From positions 332,200 to 396,199 of the forward strand of contig NW_024055843.1 of NCBI RefSeq assembly GCF_902713615.1: a stretch of DNA of 64,000 bases. Reading direction: 5' to 3'. Under the pieces are notes generated by a model, which worked only from the letters and a program-made list of their open reading frames with translations, did not search any database and was not told where the DNA came from. This DNA comes from Scyliorhinus canicula (lineage: Eukaryota). This document shows, one piece after another, positions 1-11,089 of this stretch; the first letter of the stretch is position 1, and each line of letters starts with the position of its first letter. Both the position numbers and the translations under genes were made by a program.

Positions 1-45
1 TCGTGCAGGCAATGTGTTCTGTGTTTTCTCTTTATTTCTGTCAAG

Positions 46-354
46 CGTTAGTGGTTTAGACTCAGCCTCACAGGAACCCATTTCCGCGACACATTTTGAA
101 GGAGACTCCGTGATAATTAATTTCAGCTATTCGACCACTGCAGATTCGCATGTTTTACAGCTGTAAAACAGCTGGGGCCCGGATATATCCCCCATATTTT
201 TGGTCGACATCCCGAAATACGGAGATGTTTTCAGGGCAGAGGGCGTGTGGACTCGACTTTCAGCGTCTCTCGACACTTCGAAAAGTGAGGGGAATTTCAC
301 CATCCGGGAGCTGCGGCTGTCTGACAGCGCGGTGTATTACTGCGGACTGGGAGA
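46..354 (+). pseudogene. TCR alpha/delta-type V exon, pseudogene (Trp41-less QL-Y-RQ family)
   Basis: Reads ...DSASQEPISATHFEGDSVIINFSYSTTADSHVLQL* ... NFTIRELRLSDSAVYYCGLG. In-frame TAA at 164-166, Cys23 replaced by Phe, and the phase-correct acceptor appears mutated (cag>caa). The leader lies outside the window. Confidence 0.9.
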
Positions 355-393
355 CACAGTGACAGCGACCAGAGGGAGCCTCGTACAAAAACA
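355..393 (+). promoter_or_regulatory. 23-RSS
   Basis: CACAGTG (355-361) + 23 bp + ACAAAAACA (385-393). Confidence 0.95.
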
Positions 394-920
394 CTGCCGC
401 AGCGTAACAGAGTGGACGGAATTGTGGACTGTGGAGGGATGTATCGCTACTACTAGCAATGAGCAGATGGACTGGAGAATGGAGCCACAAGACAGTTCCC
501 AGAAGTTCTGAATAGAGGTGTTAGATGGCATATTTGATTCACTCAATAATGAGCAATTGAATGGAAACATTTAAGGTTTATTTGACAAACTGACATTTTA
601 AAATAGGTTAAATTGAAAATTTCTCCTGTTGATTGTCTTTGTATTTTTCCGCTTTGTTTGATACGACACGAAGCCAAAAAAAATCTGAGAACATATTTCC
701 TTTCATCCCCGCCTCAAATTAAGTCTTTTTAGTGAATAAAATGCTCGGAACACCTTCATCCACATTCAGTACTTGTATTTTCTTTCTTCAAGGCTGTTTC
801 TTTCAGGTGAGTCGAAGATCAATTAGGGATCAAGTTTTCTGTGTTTTCCGGTCTCGCGCTGATTATCAAAATGCACGGCAACTGCTTCAATTCCCTGGAA
901 TAAACATGTATTGTTAAATA

Positions 921-991
921 GGTGACATCAGACCAATCAGATCCAGCTAACCCAGCTCTTTCTATCATTCGTTCCATAGGTAGTGACGTCA
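921..991 (+). promoter_or_regulatory. V promoter: TCR decamer/CRE-like motifs and CCAAT
   Basis: GGTGACATCA 921-930, CCAAT 933-937, AGTGACGTCA 982-991, about 95-165 bp upstream of the leader at 1086. Confidence 0.65.
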
Positions 992-1085
992 GAGCAGCCT
1001 CAGCCAATGCACTCAGCTTTATCTTGTTGGATATTCTGCAGGTTTCTGAGACATAATTAGTCCCTGGAATCCAGGACCAGCAGCA

Positions 1086-2130
1086 GTGCGGATCCCCGTT
1101 CTCGCTGTGATCTGGGTAACATTCATTGCTGGTAAGACGTTTAAAACTTTTTTAAAAGTTCATTTCTAGAGGAATTAATTTGGAAAGCAGTAACCTTGTG
1201 TTAATCAAGTACCCAACCTGCCTGCGAAAACACGAGTCTATGCCCTACTAGCCTCTTTCTTACAGGAGTTTATATTGGCAAAACACAAAGCATACGTCAT
1301 TTAGAGTGACGATATCGAATTGGATGATGATATCTATCAGAAAGCAATGTAAATGTTCTGGTTCTTTTCTGTACTAACGGGAAGTCAACCTTGATGTCTT
1401 TACTATGATATGTTGGGCGTCTGGAGAGGATAATTCCACAGGTTCAAAATCTTGGTGCCAGAAATCTAAGCACCCCCAAATTTTCTAACTGGCAAGTAAG
1501 GAAAATCACTTTAGAAAGAGAGGAAGAATGTGGCTCAAATTAACACAAGGAAGAGCTGAGGAGCGGAGCACTGTTACATTTCAAGGGAAACTAGATAAAC
1601 ATATGAGGGAGATAGGGATGGAGGGATTTTCTGATACAATGAGAGGAGGAGAGATGGAGGATTCTCCTGGGGATTGTAAATACTGACATGAAGCAATTGG
1701 GCCGAACGAGCTTTCTTGTGCTCTAAATTCAATTTTTTTAATGTTATACTGATGGAAGTTTCTCCCTCAGTTCAGTTAAATTGAATTTTCAATCACTGAT
1801 TTCCGCTTTCTATAACCGTGTGTTACAGGTCTGAGCGATGGAGATTATATGACTCAGCGGGAATCCTAACACACAGACAGAGGGAGAAGATGTCACGCTA
1901 ACCTGCACATATGCCGATGATGCTTATTATTTATTCTGGTAGCGTCAATACCCAGACAGACAGCCCGAGTTTGCGACCCGGACGCACACGGGTGGCGGTG
2001 ATGAATTGAAGGCGGATTTCGCACAGGGCCAGTTTTCTGATACAGTCCAGCAGTCGGACAAGTTGTACCGATTGACCATCTCGGAGCTGCGGCTGTCTGA
2101 CACCGCGGTCTATTACTGTGCACAGAGTCT
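1086..2130 (+). pseudogene. TCR alpha/delta V gene (leader 1086-1131, V exon 1829-2130), pseudogene
   Basis: Leader GTG-RIPVLAVIWVTFIAG|gtaag (ATG lost). V exon after ttacag has a frameshift/TAA near 1866, W-TAG-RQ, and ends LTISELRLSDTAVYYCAQS. Confidence 0.9.
1490..1720 (+). mobile_element. Decayed CR1 LINE 3' fragment in V intron
   Basis: ...acatttcaagggaaactagataaacatatgagggagatagggatggaggg resembles the CR1 ORF2 end/3'UTR seen elsewhere in the window. Confidence 0.55.
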
Positions 2131-2169
2131 CACAGTGATGGGAACGAAGGAAAGCCTCGTACAAAAGCT
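2131..2169 (+). promoter_or_regulatory. 23-RSS
   Basis: CACAGTG + 23 bp + ACAAAAGCT. Confidence 0.93.
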
Positions 2170-3299
2170 GCCGCAGGTTTCTGGGTCACAGCTGCTGTTT
2201 GTTGAGAGCTGATTTTCACAGCGATTCAGACACTCAAACATGAATGGTTTCCTGTGAGCACAGACGCCGAGTACAATCTACATGAACACCATCTAAAATG
2301 ATTCACATCGGAGACAGAATCAGTCCGATTATTGCATTTACTGAGAGCGGAATTAGTTGATGCTGATATGAGGATATCTGAGAACTCGCCGAAACCACTG
2401 AGTAAGTAAACTGTGCAGGTGGCCGGGAACTATTTATATCCCTGACCGCTGTTCAGGAAATCTCTGAGAGACAAGTCATTCTGGTTTGAAATATCAGTCT
2501 ATAGTGCAAACCAATGCCCACTGGGTGAGGATAATCTTAATAATCATAATAACCCGATTAAACACCTCTCAGTGTTAATGTCACTGACACAAATTCAAAC
2601 TCAGAATCCTTAACATTGCTGAAAAAGTCCATTTTGTTGTTTCCCCTGACATTGCTGTTCTTACCATTGTCCTGAAGAGGACAAGGCGAAAAACCTCGAC
2701 AATTATTTTTAGCAATGCTCAGGTCTGTGCTACCGAATAATCAATCCTTAATGTAGAAAAAGTACAGAGGTTATTTTCCGGACATGATTAGGAGCTGATG
2801 AACAATGATTCATAAGTAAATTATCCATAAGGGCAGATTTGGCGTGTTCTAGGCACCTGGATTAATGGTAACAAAAACAACTGACTACAACAACCAAATG
2901 GAAATGAATATCACAATGTTTTCCATAAGCACCAGAATCGCTCTGGGAAATTCTGATCACATCGGGTAAGGCTTTCTGCACAAAGTCTTTGCACATTTGA
3001 CCACAACACCCCTCAGTGTTATATACCCGCTGCTGCATTTACCTGGTGTGTGAAAGACTGGTTCACAATATCAATGTCAAATCAGCATTTTTGTCACAAT
3101 ATCTTCAAGTTGGAAACCGAAATAAATACTGCAATTTTTTGGATGTAAAATAAGCAGAGAAAACCACCCCCAGCGCTGCATCTGCTGCTCTCGGCTTGTG
3201 CATAATTTGGGTATATTTCAATTAGAAATATCAGCTGATAGGTTCACAAAGCCCAGCTTTCCCCCTCTGCCCCATATTCCCTTTGTCACACTGCGGCAG

Positions 3300-3338
3300 T
3301 GTTTTTGTACGAGGCTCTCTCTAGTTGCTGTCACTGTG
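3300..3338 (-). promoter_or_regulatory. 23-RSS
   Basis: Minus strand CACAGTG (3338-3332) + 23 bp + ACAAAAACA (3308-3300). Confidence 0.95.
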
Positions 3339-3853
3339 TCTCTCAGTCCGCAGTAATACACCGCGTTATCAGACAGCCGCAGCTCCCAGATGGTGAAATT
3401 CCCCTCTCCTTTTGAAGTATCCAGAGATGCAGAAAATCGACTCCCCACGCCCTCTGCTCTGGAAACATCTCCGTAGCTATAGATGTAGATCAATAATGTG
3501 GGGGCTTTGTTCCTGTCCTGGCGGTACAGCTGTAAATAATATGAATCCGCTCTGGTCGAATAGCTGTAAATAATGGTCACTGAGTCTTCTTCAAATTGTG
3601 TCACTGCAAGCGGCTCTTGAGAGATCGAGTCTTCAGCTCTAACCCCTGAAAACGTTTAGAAATAGAGGTCTTTATTTTTTGATTATCACGGTGTTTCCAA
3701 GTTAAGGAAATAGATTGCAAACAGAGGAGAGATACATTTAAATGATGATTTCTATATCGGTATTACGAGCAAAGAGAAAACTGTGCAACTTGTGAACTTA
3801 CCAGTTAAGAGAGCTGAAGCTGCGAGCAATGTGTAAAAGATAACAGCCGACAT
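3339..3853 (-). CDS. TCR alpha/delta V gene, open frame but lacking Cys23 and Trp41 (leader 3802-3853, V exon 3339-3645)
   Basis: Leader MSAVIFYTLLAASALLTG|gtaag. Acceptor ttcag, then VRAEDSISQEPLAVTQFEEDSVTIIYSYSTRADSYYLQLYRQ...NFTIWELRLSDNAVYYCGLR with no stop. Confidence 0.88.
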
Positions 3854-3978
3854 GTTCACTCAGCTGGTGGTGGATTTAAACAGAGTGAGTTGAAGCTGAA
3901 TTGTTTCAGATAAGACTTGACAAGATGTTGAGTCATATCTCAGCCCGCTACTGATTGGTTCATTCCTGACAGAGTCTA

Positions 3979-4105
3979 AAGAACAAATAAAAGTACAGCA
4001 CAGGAGCAGGCCCTTCTGCCCTCCAAGCCTGTGCCGACCATGCTTCCGGTCTAACCTAAAATCTTCTGCACATCCGGGGACTGTATTCCTCTATTCCCTC
4101 TATTG
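3979..4105 (-). mobile_element. Short CR1 LINE 3'-tail fragment
   Basis: aaagaacaaataaaagtacagcacaggagcaggcccttc... matches the 3' end of the CR1 at 5585-5710. Confidence 0.7.
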
Positions 4106-4184
4106 GGCGACACCCAATCAGCCCTCAGCAGCTGTGTCCTACATTTCATCCAATCAGCTCAGAGTTTCTTTGTTCTTAACTTCA

Positions 4185-4192
4185 TGACGTCA
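4185..4192. promoter_or_regulatory. CRE palindrome TGACGTCA, candidate promoter element of the V at 3339-3853
   Basis: Perfect CRE about 330 bp upstream of the leader ATG, with CCAAT at 4150-4154. An intervening CR1 fragment adds about 125 bp. Confidence 0.45.
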
Positions 4193-4763
4193 GAGCAAGG
4201 AGAATGGAACCGCATGAAACTGTTCTCAGAACAATGAACTGAACTGAATCACATCAGAGAATAAGAAACAGGAGCTGCAGTGGACCATTTGCTCCTTCAC
4301 TTGGGCCTGCTCCGCCATTCAATAAGATCATGGCTGATCTACCTCATATCCTCCTTTCTGCACCATCCACAACTGTCTTATTCGCCTTAATATCCAGAAT
4401 TCTATTGGCATCCTTCTTGAAGAAACTCAGCGACTGAACAACTACGTTCTCTGTGCTACAGACCAATAATAAAACGAGCATTCAATCAATTGTTGGAACT
4501 TTATCGGGGTTAATCTTTGCGATGGGGCACGGATTGGTAACATTTCATGATGTTCTGATAACAGAACCAAAGCCTCCCATTTACAGAGCTGTTTGGAGAT
4601 CAGGAAAACTAATATAAAACAGGATTTTACACAGAATAATTAACATCCGGTATCACAGGAGGCCCGCGCAGCTGTTCTTTATAATATTGTTTTATTTATA
4701 TTAACAGTTCACAATTCTACTGACAGATCTGATTCAGTGAAGAGGAGGTGAGAGTGCATTGCA

Positions 4764-4802
4764 GGTTTTTGTCCGGGTTGACTGCGCCTTTGTAACAGTG
4801 TG
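4764..4802 (-). promoter_or_regulatory. 23-RSS
   Basis: CACACTG + 23 bp + consensus nonamer ACAAAAACC. Confidence 0.9.
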
Positions 4803-5229
4803 GGGACCAGCGCACAGAGATACACGGCAGAGTCAGACACGGACCCCGGTGATATTTAATGGAACGATTGTCTTGTCTTTGTCCAAATCAGCAGAAAATC
4901 GGTCAGAAAACTCTGGTGACTTATCGCCCTTTTCCTTGCTGAACATTTTCAGTAAATATCTCGGAGCTTTCCCGGGATACTGGATGTACCAGAAGAGAGT
5001 TGGCATGGAGTATTGTGCGTTGTAACTGCAGTTCAATATTGCTTTCTCTTCTTCCTCAACCGTTAATTCACGCCGGTCCTGGGAAACTGAATCTTGGCCA
5101 CTCCTTCCTGTAACAACATATAGAATGTGTCAGAAATATATCAATAAATATAACCCATGAAACACACGGTGAGGATTTGAGCTCAGACTCACCGGGCAGT
5201 AAGACCATCATTATCAGTAAAGCACACAT
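4803..5229 (-). pseudogene. TCR alpha/delta V gene with a single FR3 frameshift (leader 5193-5229, V exon 4803-5107)
   Basis: Leader MCALLIMMVLLPG|gtgag. Exon GRSGQDSVSQ...LNCSY...LFWYIQYPGKAP...NITGVRV*. Restoring 2 nt gives SDSAVYLCALV. Confidence 0.88.
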
Positions 5230-5584
5230 GGTTCCCGATTGGACAGCAAACAGCGACACTGTTTCAGATATGTTCCTGCTTCTAGCCTCACATCAGAGTC
5301 AATTCAGACCAGAGGTAAAGTCTTCACTTTGTGGGAAATTGAGGGGCGTTCCTCCGTGCTGCGATTGGCTCGTCTCTCAGTTTTGCCGTCAGCTGTGGAC
5401 CAATCATAGTTAGTTGAGGATTAAACACAGCTGGTTCTCTCCAATCAGATTCCACCCCCGGTTGTGTTTTTCAGTCTTGTTCCCTTTTCTCTGTCTCACA
5501 TTATTAGACATTTTGGCTTTTTCTGGGTGTAACTCGCTTTTCTTCGAAATTTCGGTAGATCTTTATCTCTAATCAAGGTAAAAT

Positions 5585-8190
5585 AATAAAGAACAAAGAA
5601 ACGTACAGCACAGGAACAGGCCCTTCGACTCTCCAAGCCTGCGCCGCCATGCTGCCCGCCTAAACAAAAACATCTACACTTCCGGTGTCCGTATCCCTCT
5701 ATTCCCATCCTATTCATGTCTTTGTCAATATACCCTTAAATTCCACTATCGTCCCTGCTTCCACCACCTCCTCCGGCAGCGAGTTCTAGGCGCCCATTAC
5801 CCTCTGTGTAAAAAACGTGCCTCGTACATCTCCTCTAAACCTTGTCCCTCGCAACTTAAACATATGCCCCTAGTAATTGACCTCTCTACCCTGGGAAAAA
5901 GTCTCGGACTATCCACCCTCTCTATGCCCCTCATTATTTTGTAGACCTCTATCAGGTCGCCCATCAACCTCCGTCGTTCTAGTGAGAACAAACCGAGTTT
6001 ATTCAACATCTCCTCATAGCTAATGCCCTCCATACCAGACAAATTCCTGGTAAATCTCTTCTGCACCCTCTCTAAAGCCTCCACGTCCTTCTGGTAGTGT
6101 GGCGACCAGAATTGAACACTATACTCCAAGTGTGGCCTAACTAAGGTTCTATACAGTTGCAACATAACTTGCCAATTATTCTCCTCAATGCACCGGCCAA
6201 ATATGGCAAGCATGCCGTATGCCTTCTTGACTACCTTCTCCACCTGTGTTGCCCCTTTCAGTGACCTGCGGACCTGTAGACCTAGATCTCTTTGACTGTC
6301 AATACTCTTGAGGGTTCTACCATTCACTGTATATTCCCTACCTGTATTAGGCCTTCCAAAATGCATTACCTCACATATGTCCAGCTTAAACTCCACCTGC
6401 CATCTCTCTGCCCAAGTCTCCAGACAATCTAAATCCTGCTGTATCCTCTAACAGTCCTCAACGCCATTCGCAATTCCACCAATCTTTGTATCGTCTTTAA
6501 CCTTACTAATCAGACCAGTTACATGTTCCTCCAAATCATTTATATATACTACGAACAGCAAAGGTCCCAGTGCTGATCCCTGCAGAACACCACACGTCAC
6601 AGCCCTGGGAGCAGATCCTGTCTCGAAGAATTCCCTCCAGTAATTTCCCTACCAGTGATGTAAGGCTACCAGCCTGTAGATCCCTGGATTATTATTGCTA
6701 CACTTCTTGAACAAAGGAACATTGGCTCTTCTCCAGTCCTCCGGGACATTACCTAAAGACAGTGAGGATCCAAAGATTTCTTTCAAGGCCTGAACAATTT
6801 CCTCTCTTGCCTCCTTCAGAATTCTGGGGTAGATCCCATCCGGCCCTGGGGACTTATCGACCTTAATATTTTTCAAGACGCCAAACACCTCGTCTTTTTG
6901 GATCTCAATGTGACCCAGGCTATCTATACACCCTTCTCGAGACTGAACATCCACCAATTCCTTCTATTTGGTGAATGCTGATGCAAAGTATTAACTTAGT
7001 ACCTCGCTCATTTCATTGGCTCCACACATAGATTCCCACCCCTGTCCTTCAGTGGGCCAACCCTTTCTCTGGCTACTCTCTTGCTTTTTATGTACGTGTA
7101 ATAAGCTTTGGGATTTTCCTTAACCCTATTTCCAATAACTTTTCGTGACCCCTTCTAGTCCTCCTGACTCCTTGGTTAAGTTCCTTCCTACTTTCCTTAT
7201 ATTCCACACAGGCTTCGTCTGTTCCCAGTCTTCTAGCCCTGACAAATGCTTCCTTTTTTTCTTTTGATGAGGCCTACAATATCTGTCGTTGTCCAAGGTT
7301 CCCGAAATTTACCATATTTATCCTTCTTCCTGACAGGAACATGCCGGTCCTGAATTCCTTTCAACTGATAGTTGAAAGCCTCCCACACGTCAGATGTTGA
7401 TTTACCCTCAAACATCCGCCCCCAATCTAGGTTATTCAGTTCCCGCCTGATACTGTTATAATTAGCCTTCTCCCAATTTAGCATATTCACCCTTGGACCA
7501 CTCTTATCCTTGTCCACCAGCACTTTAAAACTTACTGAATTGTGGTCACTGTTCCAGAAATGCTCCCCCCCTGAACCGTCTACCACAGGGGCGGGCAAAC
7601 TTTTCCGTGCAAGGGACACATTCACAAATTCACAATTTTAAAGGGCCGCATAGTATATTAAGTAAAATAATTACTTCACCCGGTTATGATTCTGGGCGCC
7701 TCATATAGAACATAGAACAGTACAGCACAGAACAGGCCCTTCGGCCCTCGACGTTGTGCAATGATCACCCTACTGAAGTCAACGTATCCACCCTATACCA
7801 GTAAGTAACCCAACAGTTAACCCCATTAACCTTAAAAAAAATAATTAAAATTAAAAAAAAAAAAATGTTTTTAAAAAAAAATTTTTTTTTTTTTTAAATG
7901 ACTTGGTGGGCCGCATAAAGACCTTTGGCGGGCCGTAGTTTGCCCACTCCTGGTCTACTACCTGGCCTGCCTCATTTCCCAATACCAGGTCCAGTACAGC
8001 CGCTTCCCTTGTTGGACTATCTACATATTGTTTTAAGAAGCCCTCCTGGATGCCCCTTATGAACTCTACCCTGTCCAGGCCCCTAGCACTAAGTGAGTCC
8101 CAGTCAATATTGGGGAAGTTAAAGTCTCCCACCACAACAACCCTGCTGCTTTTACTCCTTTCCAAAATATATCTACCTATCTGCTCTCGT
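5585..8190 (-). mobile_element. CR1-clade LINE, 5'-truncated and disrupted (APE-RT ORF2 pieces)
   Basis: ORF fragments VVVVGDFNFPNIDW, KSPGPDGIYPRILKE, LVRPHLEYSVQFWSPHY, with the 3'UTR tail at 5585-5800. Confidence 0.93.
7586..7952. mobile_element. hAT(Charlie)-like non-autonomous DNA transposon (MITE) inserted in the CR1
   Basis: TIRs CAGGGGCGGGCAAACT (7586) / AGTTTGCCCACTCCTG (7937-7952) with 8-bp TSD gtctacca/gtctacta. Contains an HE1-SINE tail fragment at about 7705-7833. Confidence 0.8.
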
Positions 8191-8732
8191 TAAGCTGAAA
8201 GGTGAGATGAATATATTAAAGTCAGTCTAATGCACATATATTAATCAGGCCATTAAGTGCATGACCACAATTAATTATGACTGTTTTAAAAGTACCGGAG
8301 ATAAATCGTCACCCAATCCCACACCGAGTTGCTGTTCCATTGGGGCTACTCGTGTGATGTACTGATATCAGTCAGTCATTATTTCTCCCCAAGGTCATTT
8401 AAAATGTGATAAATCTGTAATCACTTCACTTTTGAAAGATACTGCCTGATAGACTGTCAGCTGATCCAGAAGTTTTAAATTTACAGATACATTAAGTTAT
8501 TCAGCCGGGAGATCTAAAGGTTTGTGCGAATTTCCCGAATCGGGATCGGGAAATTATTGAATTTGTTCCCGGAGTAATATGACCGCCACTTGTCACATTT
8601 CCCAACTGTGACAATCATTGACCTGTGCCAGGAAAAAACATTCAGGTGGACCTGCAATGTCCCTTTCATTTTTATTGAGATTCAACGCCTTGTGGTTTTC
8701 TGATACCGAATGCTTGATTGACGACCTGCTCC

Positions 8733-8771
8733 AGTTTTTGTCTGAGCCCCGCTGGGCCCGCATTCACTGTG
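8733..8771 (-). promoter_or_regulatory. 23-RSS
   Basis: CACAGTG + 23 bp + ACAAAAACT. Confidence 0.95.
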
Positions 8772-9255
8772 GGTCTCAGCGCGCAGTAATACACGGCGCT
8801 GTCTGTCATCTTCAAATCTATCAGGGACAAAGTGAAAGTGTTTTGTGTCGTGTTGTGATTCCCGCTGAAGCGTTCAAAGCCGGGAGCCGTCTTTTTATAT
8901 CCGTAACTATCGCTTCTGAGCACATACTGAGGAGCTGGGTGTGGATACTGGCTATACCAGAACAGGCCATATTCTCGAGCTGAGCTCGGTACAGAGTAAC
9001 TGCAGGGTATGGCTGAATCTTCACCCTCTTCTGCGTCGATTCCTTGTTCTGCCTGGGACACTGACTCTCCGTTACTCATCTCTAAAAAATAAACAGCAGA
9101 AAGACAGCGGGTTACAAAGAGTAACATGAGGAGGATGGGTTTGCAGAGATGGAAATTGTAATAAATATGAGAATTGGGGAATTTAGTACAGACGTTCAAT
9201 ATAACCGACCTGTGATCAGGACAATAACCAGAGACAGACAGTGTTTCACCCACAT
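8772..9255 (-). CDS. Apparently functional TCR alpha/delta V gene (leader 9210-9255, V exon 8772-9081)
   Basis: Leader MWVKHCLSLVIVLITG-phase|gtcggt. Acceptor tttag, then MSNGESVSQAEQ...AIPCSY...LFWYSQYPHPAPQY...DLKMTDSAVYYCALRP. Cys23, Trp41 and Cys104 are present with no stops. Confidence 0.92.
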
Positions 9256-9444
9256 GGTTTCAGTCTGAACTCCAGCAACAGAGACAGTGATCACTGTCTG
9301 CACCAGACGTACAATTGGAGAAGTTCAAACAGTCAGAGGGATGTTGTGAGGTCGAATACGATTTCTTTTCTCCGCCCCATTTTTACATCTTCAAGCAGTC
9401 GCTTTCCCCAGAAAGGGTCGCTATCTTTCATATGTGATCAGAAA

Positions 9445-9458
9445 GCGCTCTCTAGTGG
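9445..9458 (-). promoter_or_regulatory. CTCF-like motif
   Basis: CCACTAGAGAGCGC, 13/14 match to CCASYAGRKGGCRS, about 190 bp upstream of the V leader ATG and co-oriented. Confidence 0.45.
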
Positions 9459-9519
9459 ACAGCACTACCCCATATTGGATACGGGAACATGGCCCCATGC
9501 GAAGATGCACACCTAGATT

Positions 9520-10312
9520 TAGATTTAGATTTATTATCACGTGTACCGAGGTACAGTGAAAATTATCGTTCTGCGTACAGTCCAGAGAGATGAAAAAAAT
9601 GAAAATCGCTTATTGTCACGAGTAGGCTTCAATGAAGTTACTGCGAAAAGCCCCTAGTCGGCACATTCCGGCGCCTGTCCGGGAATCGAACCGTGCTGCT
9701 GGCCTGCTTGGTCTGCGTTAAAAGCCAGCGATTTAGCCTGGTGAGCTAAACCAGCCCCTGTATTGTTCAATACATGAAAAAACATAGGACACACGATAAT
9801 TACACAATGGAAATACATAGACACCAGGTGAAGCATACTGAGTCAGTTGCTGCAACAGCAGAGAAGATGCTTGGAGAGATCAGTTCAGTCCATGAAAGGT
9901 CCATTCAGGAGTCTGGTAACAGCGAGAAGGTCCTGTTTTTTAATCTGTTAGTGCCTGTTCTCAGACTTCTGTATCTTCTGGCCGGTGGAAAAGGTTGGAA
10001 GAGAGAATAACCTAGGTGGTTGCGGGGCGGTGTTATTTGATTATGCTGCCCGCTTTCCCAAGGTAGCGGGAGGTGCAGAAAGAGTCATGAGATGGGAGGC
10101 GGGTTCGCAGGATGGACTGGGCTGTGTTTATGACTCTCTGTGGTTTCTTACGGTCTTGGGCCGAGCTGTTGCCATACCAGGCATTGACCCAGCCAGATAT
10201 GATTTGTTCTATGGTGCATCTGTAAAAGTTAGTAAGAGTCAGTACGGATATGTCGAAGTTCCTCAGTTTCTTGCGGAAGTATAGGCACTGTTGTGCTTTC
10301 TTGGTCATAGAG
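9520..10312 (-). mobile_element. Rex1/Babar-like LINE 3' fragment interrupted by a SINE
   Basis: TKKAQQCLYFRKKLRNF...TNFYRCTIEQIISGW..AWYGN peptide. The 3' end ...cacgtgtaccgaggtacagtgaaaa is shared with the copy at 33340. Confidence 0.8.
9590..9758 (-). mobile_element. tRNA-derived SINE (ggggctggtttagc...gacaataagcgattttcattt family)
   Basis: A/B-box-like head and (CATTT)n tail. Further copies at 14655-14833(-), 16350-16532(-), 18274-18459(-), 25511-25660(+), 28479-28650(+), 35650-35815(-), 54009-54225(+). Confidence 0.85.
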
Positions 10313-10369
10313 ATAAACAACCAATCCGACACGCACAGACTATGACATAAGTTGCAACATACGTCGACC

Positions 10370-10870
10370 TAAAACCAGAAGTGCTATGGAGATTCTTGAA
10401 AGACGAGTTGGTAACGATAAAAGTAAGTGAATATATCCGCCTCCCGTGTTCACCAGAAGCCTCGAATATAGCACAGAAGCAACACAAGCACGGACACAGA
10501 GACAAACGCGGCAGTAGACAATAAAACTGATTAAGACAACCAGAGACACACAAAAGAGCAAAGAGTCAGTGAGGCTGCGAAAAACCATCGACTTTTCAAA
10601 GTGAGCTCTCCGAAATGGAATTCCCTGAGGTTGTGTCAGTGTGGCAATATTGTGTTGCACATTAATTTCTATGGAACTATACATTTTTGCAACATGAACA
10701 TCCAGGAATGTATTTCTCAATAACCATGATCGTTGATTTACAAAAATGACCATACTGTCGACCCTTCCGGATAATAGGTTTCAATAGATGCGTTTATGTT
10801 TTGCAGACAAGCATGTCCTGGTTGTATGACATGAGTGAAGCTGGTGAGGGTAAGACAGAATCCTAACTCA
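10370..10870 (+). pseudogene. Heavily decayed leader-intron-V unit (relic)
   Basis: Leader-like gtgctatggagattcttg...|gtaagt, then FMFCRQ (WYRQ-like). Homologous in inverted orientation to 14850-15870. Confidence 0.35.
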
Positions 10871-11020
10871 TTCCTGAAGTCGTTCGGTTTGGATTGTGGG
10901 AAGAACCCGGAGCCCCCGGAGGAAACCCATGCAGACACGAGGAGAACGTGCAAACTCCACAGACAGTTACCCAAGGTCGGAATTGACCCCAGGTCCCTGG
11001 TGCTATGAGGTGGCAGTGCA
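10870..11020 (-). mobile_element. HE1-type SINE fragment
   Basis: ggaaacccatgcagacacgaggagaacgtgcaaactccacacagacagt matches the other HE1 copies. Confidence 0.8.
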
Positions 11021-11089
11021 CGTAAAAAGGCAATATCACAATAATCATGGGGGGGGGGGGGGGGGGGGGCAATATGCAGGTGGATTGGA

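Noticed and set aside
9082-9253. N-terminal extension of the 193-aa ORF (leader-fused, intronless V?)
   Set aside because: A proper leader exon (9210-9255) in another frame, with a GT donor and a tttag acceptor, explains the gene. The extension is intron read-through.
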